Shown here: positions 51,335 through 64,000 of the stretch, one piece after another | Layout of the letters: each line of letters opens with the position of its first letter | Position numbering within the stretch: position 1 is the stretch's first letter | Assembly: GCF_009914755.1 (NCBI RefSeq) | Contig: NC_060926.1 | Source: the human T2T-CHM13v2.0 reference genome, Homo sapiens | Length of the DNA stretch: 64,000 nucleotides | Strand: one strand, 5' to 3' | Position numbers and translations under genes: made by a program | The notes under the pieces: generated by a model | Seen by the model: only the letters and a program-made list of their open reading frames with translations | Databases searched by the model: none | What the model was told of the DNA's origin: nothing

Positions 51335-54300
51335 TTATCAGTGAATCAGGCATAACAACGTTCCCATCACTCCTTTCATTCATCTGTCAATAAGCACTGA
51401 TTATACCCTTGTTAGGTGTGGGCATTTATGTCTGGGACACAAAGATATTTAACATATGGTTGACAACTCTGAGGAACTCTGTCTAGCTGATCATACAGAC
51501 CAAGACTAAACAAAGCAAGACAAATTATTACAACACAATGTAATAATGCTCACCTAGAAACACACACAAAGTGACAGTTAAGAGAAGAAGCAACTGACGA
51601 CTCAAAAAAGGGGAATTTGAAGGAATTTGAATCTAGTAAGCCATGAGTCAGTGAAAAGATAAACTGAAGCTAAGGTTGAATAAGAAATACATTTTTAAAT
51701 TTGTAGAGCAGTGCCAGGTTATAAAGGGCTGCAAACATCAAGCAGAGTATTTTACATGTAGTATAACAGTTTACAGGATCCCTACAAGTTGTACTGTTGA
51801 AGTGATTTATTCCTGTTGTTTGTTTTGGATTAGACCAGAAGCAACAGGCCCACAGGACCGGAAGAATCAGGGAACCACAAGTGAGGAGTTAGGGCATTGA
51901 CTAGGAGAACAGATGTGAAGTGAAGAAATGAGCTGCTGGAATAGCTGTGGTGGCTGAGAAAGAACAAACCCGAAAGTAGACCTGGCAAAAGAAGTGGAAA
52001 CTTCGGGTCCTTCTCAGCTGATTCTGTATGTTATAACATCTGCTGAAGGTAGCTGGGTTGACACCTCAATGCTACACATTACTAGTCACTCAAAATACCT
52101 TCTGGATTAGGAGAAAAAATATAAGGCCATCTTGAAGGTCATATCCTAGGAAGATTTATGCAATGGAAGCCCAGCAGTGTACAATATGGGAAACAGAGAG
52201 TTGGCAGGAAGAGTTTCAAGGGCAAGCTTCAAAGAATGCCCATTATATTATTCACTCTCCATAATTCTACCAGAAATGCAATCAGTGGTTACCTTTCTCC
52301 TAGTCTGTAGGGTTTGTGTTATTCATCTTTTTACTTGAGGTAAGTCCCACTTAGGTGTTAAATAAGGAATGGCTGATCCCCCTGGCTAAAGGGAACAGCT
52401 ACCTTATGAAGAACACTGGTTTACTTTATTATTTAGTGGAAATGATGGAGGCTTCCAAAAGTAGGTGTCTGGGGGGCTGGAAGAAGGGGTGGGGAAGAGT
52501 TAAAATGAAATCCATAAATTCTAAGGAAGCAAAGTGGACTTAAAATCAGTAATCAAGTTGGTGAGTGAAAGAACATTACCTTACCACAAGGTGGAAAGGG
52601 TAGAAAGAGTAAGAAGAGAAACTTTCATTTAGTTCTTTTTTTTTTTCAAAGTAAAGTCTCTCTAATCTACCTGTTACAAACACGCTTGAGAAGTTTAGAA
52701 AATGCAGACTCCTAAGTCCCACTCAAGAATTACTGAATCTAGGGACAATCTCTGGGGGGCAGAGGCTTGAAACCTTCACTTTAATGACATTTAAGCCTTT
52801 AAAATTTGAGAGTCACAGCTCTGCTCTTCTCTCTCTCTTCCACAAAGCCGTTCTTGAATCATTTTCTAGAAGTATTCTTTCCATTTCATTTATGCAAGAC
52901 AGAAGGCTTCTGAGGAAAAGAATGGAAATTAAGTTTAGTGGAAAGAGACAGCATGATGCAGAGGGAAGAAAGCCCTGAAAACAGCTACTCCAGCCACTTA
53001 CTTCTTTGTACCTTGGACAAGGTCTCAATCATCTTAATGCTCTCAATTTCCAGATTAATAAAATGAGGATAATGTTAACCTATTATAGGGTTGTGAAAAT
53101 TAAATGAAATAGAGGATGCTGTATTGTCAGTACTAAAACTTCCACGATATTTCACCAATCCTTTTATTCTAGAAGGAGGGTGCAGTGGCAAAGGAAGACC
53201 AGTGGACTCAGAAGATAAAAGTTCGTGTCTCATTTCTGCTGTTTCTTGGCTGGATGATCCCTGAATTGCCAATTAAAGTCTTGAAACTTCAGTTTTCTGA
53301 TGGGAAAAAATGAGAATAATAAAGACTACCTTATGGGGTTGCTGTGTAGATTTAATGAGATAATATATCTGAGAGTGCTTTATAAAGTGCAATAAAATAT
53401 TAATTATCATATTATCAACATATATCTCTCATCTTTCTTCTAGACTGTATATTTCGTGAGGACAAGATCTACATTTGATTTGTCTTTAAATACACTCATG
53501 CTGAATGATTTAATTAAGAATCTCTGTATTATGGAGTGACATTGCACCACAAAATTCTGCCCATAAAAGGTGAGTCAAAAATCTTCAAAAGAAGCCGCAC
53601 CTTCTGATGTACAGAACAAAAAGAAGTTGTCACAGGAGATAGCAGATGCTGGAAATCCTGATACTCGCTCTGGGTGGTGTTGACTTCCTACTGAAGGACA
53701 CAGAGAAAGCCAGATGCAAGTCTGACATGGCTAATTGGGAGGTGTGTGGTCCTCTTGGAGCCTTTTCTTGAGATGTGACAGAGTGCCTGCCAAGACTAAT
53801 CAAACCCAACTGCTACCCACTTCTGCTGAATCATATGGGGCTGCATTGCAGCATCTGAAGGAACCTGGGATTTATCTCTCATGATGTTGAAGCCCTAGAT
53901 AGGAAATGGAAAGTCTGGGAACACAGGTGGTGTTTTCATTTCTCTCTGCATTCGAAGGCTATAACTTTGGAAAGGACGGAGGAAGGGAGATGAAAGTAAA
54001 TGGTGTTAGAGAACAGGATTTCTTTTTTCTAGATCAAGGGTAACAATACCTTGTTGTTGGGCCAAACACAAGATTCAGGTTACTTAGACTTACTGGGCCA
54101 GAGGTGTTCTGACTCAATCAAAAAGAATTAAAACTGAAATTAATTTAAAATTCAAAAAGATGGTATAGTAAACAATTATGACATAGATGGAAGAATTAGT
54201 GGAGGGATTTCTAGTAATTCTAAGGAGAAAAACAATAGAAAAGCAATAAGGAATTAGAGTCAAGTCCCCAGGTGTCCACACAACAATGCAGTGAATGTGA

Positions 54301-54539
54301 ATAATTAATGAGGATAAATTAATATTTAAACATAGCCATAAATGTGCATTCCGAAGAATCATGTAGATCCAATGCAATGAAAGATTCCTGGCTAGAATAT
54401 AGCATTGAGAAGAGAAGGGAATATTATAGAAAGGAAGATGCATCAGACACATACAAAAATATGAGACTTGAAAAGATCAATAGTTAAAGAAATAAACCTA
54501 AGTATTTGAATTTAGGCTCAGAAACTGACTGCACAAAAA

Positions 54540-55145
54540 TAAATTAAGAATGTTCTAGTTTAAGAGATTTTCAAATAAAAAGGAACTGAGGATTTTGATT
54601 CTATGACAAGGTCCAGATAAGTCTGTGGATGCCAGAGGCAAATGCGGTCATAAGCTGGGTGTCATATCTCATGTCTCCTACGCTCTGCACTGGTATGATC
54701 TTATCTGTAGTATTTTGCCCAACTCTGGACACCGCATTTAAGAGTGTCCCAGAAAAATGTCTGAAGGAGTATGAGCACTAGGAATGATGACAGGTTTAGA
54801 AACCATGTTATATGGAAAACAGTTAAAGGAACTGTGGACATTTATTCCAAGGAACAACAAAAAAAAGTAACTTAGGAGCCACATGATGCTGCCTTGTCTA
54901 TGTGAAGGGCTGTCATTAGGCTGGAGAATTAGGACTTCGTGTGGTTGCAGAGGAAGGAACTCTAACCGGTGATTGTGGGATTCCAGAGAAACAGATTTGG
55001 ATGAATACAAATAGGGCTTTCTAAGAGTGTCAGTGTCTTGTTAGTAGGGGGACCTCCTTGATATTAGGAAGTTACCCTGCAGAAGTGAGAGAACCACTCT
55101 GCAAAGGAAGAAAGCTGAATCTCGAAGCCCCTTTTCAACTCTATT
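54540..55145 (+). mobile_element. CR1/L3 LINE remnant
   Basis: ctctgcactggt...tattttgcccaactctggacaccgcatttaagag...cccttttcaactct. Confidence 0.6.
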
Positions 55146-56646
55146 AGCCTATGTCCCTGTGACCAGATAAGGGAAATAAAGGAAGTAGATGAATTAAAAC
55201 TAACTCCTAGGTGTGGGGGCTGCATGCTTTGGAGGAGGTGGTATTACTCACAAAGAGACAGGTAAATGGGGAAGAGGAGCCTTTGGGAGGGTAGATGGTG
55301 AGGCTGAGTTTGAGAAAATGGCAGATGCTCAAATGGTTTCAAAATTATCAGTTTAAGTAGCTTTGAATCCAGTTAACTTGGTTCTTTTCTTTGGATTTGG
55401 CACTTAAAAGCCTCCCTGGTTATGTTACTTAGTTTCATGAGTTATGAAGGTGAAGAGAAAGGAGCAGGAGAAAGCTAGTATTTAAGAGTAAAAGCAGGAG
55501 TCATTACTAGGCCATATATAATCCAATTGAAATTTCAGAGCAGGGTAGTTATTATTTTGTTCATTTTGCAGATGAAGAAATTAAAGTTAGAGAAGTTACT
55601 AATTTGTCTAATTCAAAGTACCGGTAGGTAGAAATAGGATTCAAACCTATTTCATTTAAAAAAATAATATCCTGTACAAAGGGAATACATATGCAAGTCT
55701 ATCGGCAAACAAATTTGAATGTGTCACCATTACCAGCAAAATAAATAAAAGTGTTTTAATAGTAAGTATACAAGTATAAAGGAGAGCTCTTTGGACTTAG
55801 CAGATGCACACAAAATGCATTTGGAACTACATGATAGGAATCATTCAAATCATGGATTCTAAGTACTGAAAAACAGGATGTAACTAAAACTTTTAGCATA
55901 ATAGAAATAAAAAATAGAATATTTTACAGTCTACTGCTTTTTTTTATAAAGGAATAGATAAGAACAGAAAAAAGACTTTCTGATCAAGGAAAAGTATGCT
56001 CATTTTTATTCCATAAAATAGTAAATATTCATATCCCCAATTTGTATATTTATAAATTAATAAACTGTCATTTATCTGAATAAAGCTCAAATGACTAGAT
56101 TTTGTTTTACGGTGAAGCAGACATATTTACTTATGAAGATGGCCTTCAAATACCCTAAGATATAAATTATTGAAGGAAAACTTCAGTTGCATTTAATGTA
56201 ATATGTGTATATTTTATATATATATATGTATACTTCTTGAGCATTTTAAAATCTATTTAACTTGATGTAGATACCAAACCTTCACTTAATTTTATCTCCA
56301 AACCACATTATATGTATTCTGGAGAAAGAGGACTTGCCATCTTTGACTAAGGGTCAACAGCTAAAGAGAAAGTAAAAAACAATATTTGATCCTTGATTCC
56401 AGTGATATTTTGGGGTCATTCATATTCATTTGCAATGATAAATTAGCTAGTTAACCTTAAAGTATATCTGGGTAAATATAACCTGTGACCAGATAAGGGA
56501 AATAAAGGAAGCAGATGAATCAAAACTAACTCCCAGGTGTTGGGGCTACATAAGTTATAGCTATTTGGTATAATGTCCTAGTTTTATTGAAAAATTTCTA
56601 TTTTCAGGTTCATCACTTAGATATTACATATACCTAAAAAAGATTA

Positions 56647-57060
<414 letters not shown>

Positions 57061-57568
57061 TTAGGAAGCCTGAAACTGAACGTAGGCCTCTTGTGCTTTA
57101 AACTCCTTTTCACATGTGGTCCAAACCAATTCATTTTCTCTTTTCTGTACCAATTAATGTCTGCTCTCTGCATCTGCAGAATACAACACAGGCTCCCTCT
57201 CACAGAAGGAGTCTGGGGGTGTGGGGGTGCAGAGGGAGTCAACTAATTAAGAGGACTGGAAGGAGCAACATGGGGGAGTGTTTTCACAGAGTGGGTGAAG
57301 CCAAGGCGAATTTGTAGAAAGGGCTGTGGTGCGGGATTGGCAGGTCTAGTTGTTAAGGCATCAGACTTCCCATTTCTTTGTGGAGCCACTATGCCCTGCT
57401 TGTTTCACTTAGCCCTTCCACCTACAAAATCAAGAGGAGCTGAGAAAGTTGGAATCATTAGTCCTCCCAATTCCGTATTTCCCCTTTTTTTAATTGCAAA
57501 GAAGGTATTATGGCTGATACTATTTTCTTTCGTTTGTAGAAACTTTATCTGACAACCAAATACCAAAA

Positions 57569-57570
<2 letters not shown>

Positions 57571-57610
<40 letters not shown>
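57571..57610. repeat. (CA)20 microsatellite, IFIH1 intron 4
   Basis: Direct count. Confidence 0.95.
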
Positions 57611-57615
<5 letters not shown>

Positions 57616-60600
57616 CCTATCTATCTCAAGTTCCTTTTTCCATCTGAGGCAACTACGTTGTACAGAAGTGTTATTTAGAGAGTAGAGGAAAAAACTCTTC
57701 CTATGCTAGCCTTTAATTGGTAGGTTTTCCTTGAAAGGTAAAAATAATTTTGTTGGTTTAAACTAAATCATGACTACTTTTGCCATTTATTTGTGAATTG
57801 TTATCTTTATTACTTCCTTATGTTTATGGCTCCACATATTCCAACTTTTTCTAAAATCCAAAGTATAATATATTAAAAATATTTTCAATTAACATGGATT
57901 TTAAATTTAAAATACTGATAAAATAAGTTCTAACATAAACTTTATGTATATTAAAATAAAATTATTATAATATGTCTTGTTTTAGATAGAATATATTTTA
58001 TTTAGAAGTGACCATATTGACCTATATTACCAGGGGAAAAAGATCAAAAAATGCATAGCTTATAATGTGAAATGAAGTAACATAAATATTATACCAATTT
58101 AAAAGCCCATTTTATGACTTATATAATAAGAAGAAAAAATGAAATAACAGTATTTATCCATATTTCATCACACATGAAATAACTTCTTTTTCTTATCAAT
58201 GTTTGCAATAAAACTAAACTAACATAATCCCATTAACTTCAAAAAACTTGCTGATGGCTCCATTTCAGCCCCTGGATAATTCTATTTGAGTGAGTTTTAA
58301 CTTGTTGTGATAGTACTATCTGAACAGGTAGGAAAATTCACACCAAATACCACTTAGGATCATCTACTAACCTGGCAGGAAATTTGCCTTTTGTATGGAT
58401 GAGTAAAAACAGATGCAATACATTTAAGCTATCGTTGGATCATCTGCTGATTCATTCAATATGATTTTTATGAAAAACTCATTTAAAATCACCAGCATTT
58501 AAAATATACCTTTATAAGTTTCCATGCTTGTTTTGAACTCTACAATATTTACAATAGTTCATCTTGTATTATATTTATGTAAGGCTCTGATTTATTTAAG
58601 AACAATGTTAGCCCTCTGTAGCTTTCATAGACTATCAAAACCATGATATTTCACCTCTATTAGGATAGTTTGTCATCTAACTTTTCCAAAAGAGCCAGTA
58701 TATTTGCAAAGGAAGATGCATTATAAAGTGTCTAAACAAAGACCCAGAAATTTACTACTGCTAAATTTTTGTTTGATCTAGGAAGTTTGTTAAAATATAG
58801 GAATAAATCCTCTTTGTTTAATTTCATCTGAGTTTCATTTTTGCGTAGATTTTAAGAATACTAATAAAATGCTCCTTCCTTCATAATAGTTGCAGAATAA
58901 ACTATTAAAAGAGTACATTTTAATAATAATTTCCCCCATTTTTCATGCTTACTACTATATCCTTGAATAAGAAATATTACAAAGAGAAAGATATAGCAAT
59001 TTCCTAAGTCTCTTTCCCGAGAATCCAGAACCAAATCAAATGAGTAAAATATTAATATTACTCATGCATTCTAATCATTTATTAAGCTGATACATTTAAG
59101 AAGAGCGAGAATGTTAAAAGGACTATTGTGTTTACAATTTAACTTCAGAACTGAAGTCATGAGGTTTTACTGCTACTTAAGTAGGCATGTACCACAAATT
59201 TATTCTTCAGTCAATATTGACTGGACACCTATTATATGCCAGGCACTCTCAATAATATAGTTGTTGTCCTGAAGGACTTTAGAGTCTAGGACACTATACC
59301 GCTGTTATGCACACAAAAATACCTGGTTAGACAGATAGCTCAATAATCTTCCATATTTTTGATTTAAGACTAGGAGATTTGATAGGTGGCCCTAAGTTTA
59401 AAAAGAAGCACAGTGTGGATACAGGAAAAAATTAGAGTTGGATTCAATGTGAGACTAGCATCCAAAGAATAAAAGCTGGGTGAGTGCTAAATATTCAGCC
59501 TGATTCTTGCCTTATCACATCCTCTGACACAGGGATGGAAGAATTTATCCACAGAAGCAATGAAAAGAGAGTTTTCTCTTCTGTGTCAGCAGAAGGAGAG
59601 AACTGGGCTGGTATCAATGAGCCAGGAGCCAATTTCCTTTATAAAAGAAATGTTTGGGTTTTTGATTGTTTGTTGTTTGTTTGTTTTTGGCTTTCTCTGA
59701 AAAGCATAATCAATTAAATGAAAATAGCAGTTAAAATATGCACAAGCTTTGAATAACACTGTGCCCTCCCTCTACAACAAGTATTGATTAAAGACCTTAA
59801 AATTATATTCTACCATATAAATGGTCAAAAAAGAAAATCAAATAAGGCTTAAATAATAATATTCTATTGGAACTACACCATGTGGCAAATTTCATTCTCA
59901 CATTGATTTTGACAGCTGAGTTATTCTTGGAGAGAAAAGGTCTGTCACTGCATGTGTTTGAAATCTACAAAGTATTCCTTTACCTATGGTATGTAACCAC
60001 AGAAAAATACACCATTCCAGCTGGACAAATATTAATAGGCATTATCTTGAAATAGTAAGGAAACACTTTCTACATATCAGGCCAATATGTATTGCCAAAA
60101 ACATTGCCACTTTTTGAGAGGCAATATATCTTTCTGAAAATGGGAAACAGAAAAAAAAAAGCCTCTCATAATATAATTAGAATATTTATACTTTAAAAGT
60201 ACCGGTAATCATGTCTACTATGGCATAACACTTCCACAAAGGAATATAATATGATTGTTTTGGGTCACACCTTATGGCCCATATATGACCTCTGGAGGAG
60301 GAGGAAGGACATATAGAATGAAGTCCCTTTTGATGTCAACTTCAAAGATTAAAACACAATTGCAAATTCTATAATACTTTTCAGTGCCTCAATATGTGTT
60401 TAACAGTTCACCAATTTATCTAAACCTCCTTTTGAATTGGTTTCTATTTTAGCTTATACCAGGCACTTGTGGGCAAGGAATTTCATAATTTTACCATTTC
60501 GGAAATTGACTACCCACTAGGCAAAGTAATTCTTTGCTCCTAAGTACTGATCCATCTAGAACTTCAAGTGGTGTTCGTTCTGATGTGTTTGTCTTCAAAT

Positions 60601-62208
60601 ATGTATTTGCCTTTGAAAATGTATTTGCTTTTCAAAAGTAGATTGCGTTCAGACTTATCATGTGTTTCATGCCACATTGAGGACTAAAAATCAGCAAATA
60701 CATTTGTTAACAGCTCTAAATAGGCAAGATGCCCTGCACATAGAAGGTACACATTAAATATTTATTGAATGAATGGATATTATTGAAAAGCCCTTACTTA
60801 GACAAATGAAAATTAGCATGATCTCCAAAAACTTAAAACAACCTATAATGATGTTAAATATTAGCTAGATTATCTATTTTGAGTTCTAGCATAGCATGTA
60901 ATAGAAATGTTAATTATTAAATTGAACAATTTTATGACAAGGATAGAAAAAACAAATATAATCCACAGAAATAAGCACATGGCAAGAACTCAATAAACAC
61001 TGACTGAATTGAACAGAAAATGAATTCACCCTTTTAAATGAAGATTAAAGTTGTGAATGACATTTGGTGAATTGGGTTTCCTCAAACTAATTTGTTCTAA
61101 GGGATTCAGGAGTGTCATTGTGATAAAAGGATATATGAAAAAAGAGGTGCTACAATCTAATTTGGAAAGCATTTAGGATTGATGACAATCTTTCTATAAA
61201 CTATTTTGCCACCTTAGGCCTCTTGTGGATATCAATTTTTATAATTCTTCTGACAATGCAGGATAATCTGAATTATATAATATATTCTTAGGGGAAACAA
61301 CTCAATCACAAATGAAGAATAAAGTAATGTGTTTCTTAATTTATCATTTTTCCAATGCTTCTTAGCTGGCCCCTTGCAAAGCATTTTATTTTTGTTTGTG
61401 ATTTGTTCATTTTAATTGTGAAATACTTCAAACAGGTAGGCAAATATAGAAAGGTATGTAATAGAAACCCACTAACCCATCACCTACATTTAATAATGTT
61501 AACATTTTAGCTTAGTAGTCATCATGGAAATATACACTCAAAGAAAAGAAAGAAACAATTTGAAATCTATCAGACTAACAAATTGGAAAACTGATAACAG
61601 GAAGTAATAATTAAGGTGTGGGGAATTAGGAAGAGGCACTCTCATTTATTGCTGGTGGAATATACAACTGATATTGAAAGTAATTTGGGAAAAACCTGGT
61701 AAAATTTTCATTTAGTGACCGAAATATTTTGCCAACTCTACTCCTATTCAAAAGATACTTATACAAACTTGACTTCTTTTACTTACATATGTAATTTCTA
61801 GTTAGTCATACTTCTCTTATTGATAGTATCAATTTTTTATTTAAAAAGTATTTTAATTTAAAAAGTAGAATTTGGAAGTAAATAAATGTACCAAATTGAA
61901 TACAGTCTATTTAAATGCAGTCAAATTAATTGAAACAGATCCCATAAATAAAATAGATGACATGACTCTATGGAATGTGGCATATGCCAGACCAGAAAGA
62001 TATGTACTGGATCAAAATTAGAGAGTTTGGTTCTAAGAGTTTGTAAGTTACACTTTTAAAGAAAGTGAATGGCAAAGTTCCAAAACTATTTCACTGTAGA
62101 AAAGAATTGCTTTAATTGCATAAATACATTAGGGAGGGTATGAACAGCCCCCATGCTTCCACTATATGGCGTCTTATTTCACACTTTTTAAGGTTTACAC
62201 AACAGTTA

Positions 62209-62349
<141 letters not shown>

Positions 62350-63699
62350 TTAAAATATTTCTGAGAATAAACGTATTTTAACTGCACACCTCTACAGCAC
62401 ACAGTACATACAGTTCAATTCAAGTGGGGAAGGCACACCCAGACAATTATGAATAAAAGGTAAGCGCTTCTGGCAGGCTACATTAAGAAAAATCCACTAT
62501 GGATGAGCAGCTGCTGGGTAGTGATTCAAATACATATTACCTACTTAAAGTACTACACATCCAGTATGAGAGCTAAAGCAAATTCCTAAGGGTTTATAAC
62601 TTTTATTGCCCTTCTACATGTAAATGTTGCCCAAGAAAACACTATTTAGGTTTGATATGTCTTTTAAACAAAAAATAATACATAGAAACCTTTGAGGTCT
62701 TTTCATTTAAAATGATAGGGAATTAATAAAGTACAAAAATTAATAAAGTACCTGGATCTACTGATCAGTTATGAAAATGATAGTTTGGTGATAAACATAG
62801 ATGTAAAATCTCAAAGAGAATTTGTTCAAAAAGAATATCACTAAAGCCTGGCATCACAGTTGTACTAGAAGCTCATGTGAGGTTGGAAATAACTGTTTTT
62901 CTTTACTATAATTAGATTAAGCCTCTATCAAAGAGTTATGGTTAATATGGATGAATAGCAGTGCACATCCTTCATTTATGAATCCTGACATTCTGTTTTC
63001 AGAACTCAGGATCAATTCTTTTTGAAAACCTTCTTTCCCTCAGAGAAGAATTCTTTTCTTACAGTTTATTTCCAAACACTTACACAACCTCATCCTCAAG
63101 CACCAGAACTATCGTTAAACTGGTAAAAATAAAGCAATGGTGGTTACTAATATTGGCTTTGGAATCAGAAGGACTTGCAAAATTTGCTATTCACTTTGCT
63201 CTGAACCTAACAAGTTCCCCTTGTTTTAAAGTGAGGCTAATCCCACTTACTTCACAGCCCTTGATAATCTTTAAGTAATATTAGGTACAACAAGCTCTTG
63301 GCACAGGACTTTAATTGCTGGCAATTAGAAAATGAAATAAAAATCAAGAAATGATATATTCTTAGGATAGGAGTTCCATTAGATAATGTTCTTCTTTTAA
63401 TTAAAAATATTTTATAATATTTATACTTAGATAATATTTCATCCTAAAGCCTCTTAACACACCAATGAGGTAGCTCTTAGCTATTTAAAACTAGTCTGAG
63501 TGTCATATTTATGGCTGGAAATAAAAATGGATGAAAAAATAGACACATAGTATGTTTTAATAAAACTTCTCTGAAAAGAGATGATATACAACTCAAAACT
63601 GCAAATATTTCCTTTTTCCTTAAGTAGTTAATTTTTTCAAGTCAGCTATATTAAGATATAATTTACTTACTAAAAAGATTACTTTTTATGTTTATAGTT

Positions 63700-64000
63700 T
63701 GAGAAGTTTGACAAATGTATACAGTTTTGCAACTTTGAAGAGGTTGACATATGTATACAGTTACGCAACTACCATCACAGTTAAGGTATTTCCAGCACCC
63801 CAAAAGTCTCCTCAAGCCTCTTTGTAGTAAATCCCTCTGGTTATCTAATCTGGTTTCTGTTCCACATCAGACAACCAGTGGCAACCACTGATCTGGTTTC
63901 TGTTCCAATAGTTTTTCCTTTTCCAGGATGTCATATGAATGGATTCATGCAATATGTAGCCTTTATGTCTGTCTTTTAAAACTTAGTTTATAGTAATTGT
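63700..64000 (-). mobile_element. Ancient L1M 3' fragment (runs off the window)
   Basis: tttgacaaatgtataca...accatcaca...ggcaaccactgatctg...tgtcatatgaatgga. Confidence 0.7.

Overview
This is mammalian (human) genomic DNA, not a prokaryotic island. It is the FAP-IFIH1 locus (2q24, from recall of the proteins). Both genes lie on the minus strand, head-to-tail. The window holds IFIH1/MDA5 exons 4-16 (62321 to the stop at 35853; aa ~257-1025: linker, DExH helicase, pincer, Zn-binding CTD). I checked every exon for GT-AG ends and a continuous reading frame. A ~23.5 kb intergenic region follows, then the FAP promoter, exon 1 (codes MK), exon 2 (type II signal anchor) and part of intron 2. The rest is mostly transposon remnants: an intact solo LTR12 with a 4-bp TSD, Alus, L1 fragments, MLT/MST, MER33 and L3. 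Most ORFs in the supplied track are spurious. I see no clearly new gene system. The best leads are: (1) a phase-matched IFIH1 exon 15 to FAP exon 2 read-through geometry; (2) a stop-free, in-frame 99-nt last intron in IFIH1; (3) a two-template patchwork insertion at 31904-32035 plus other templated-copy scars; (4) inverted Alu pairs in and just downstream of the gene for the sensor of Alu duplexes; (5) a cryptic Alu poison exon beside exon 11; (6) a 21-bp duplication spanning the exon 4 donor. Exon and residue numbering and repeat-family names come from recall and hand alignment, not database searches. Repeat boundaries without TSDs are approximate.
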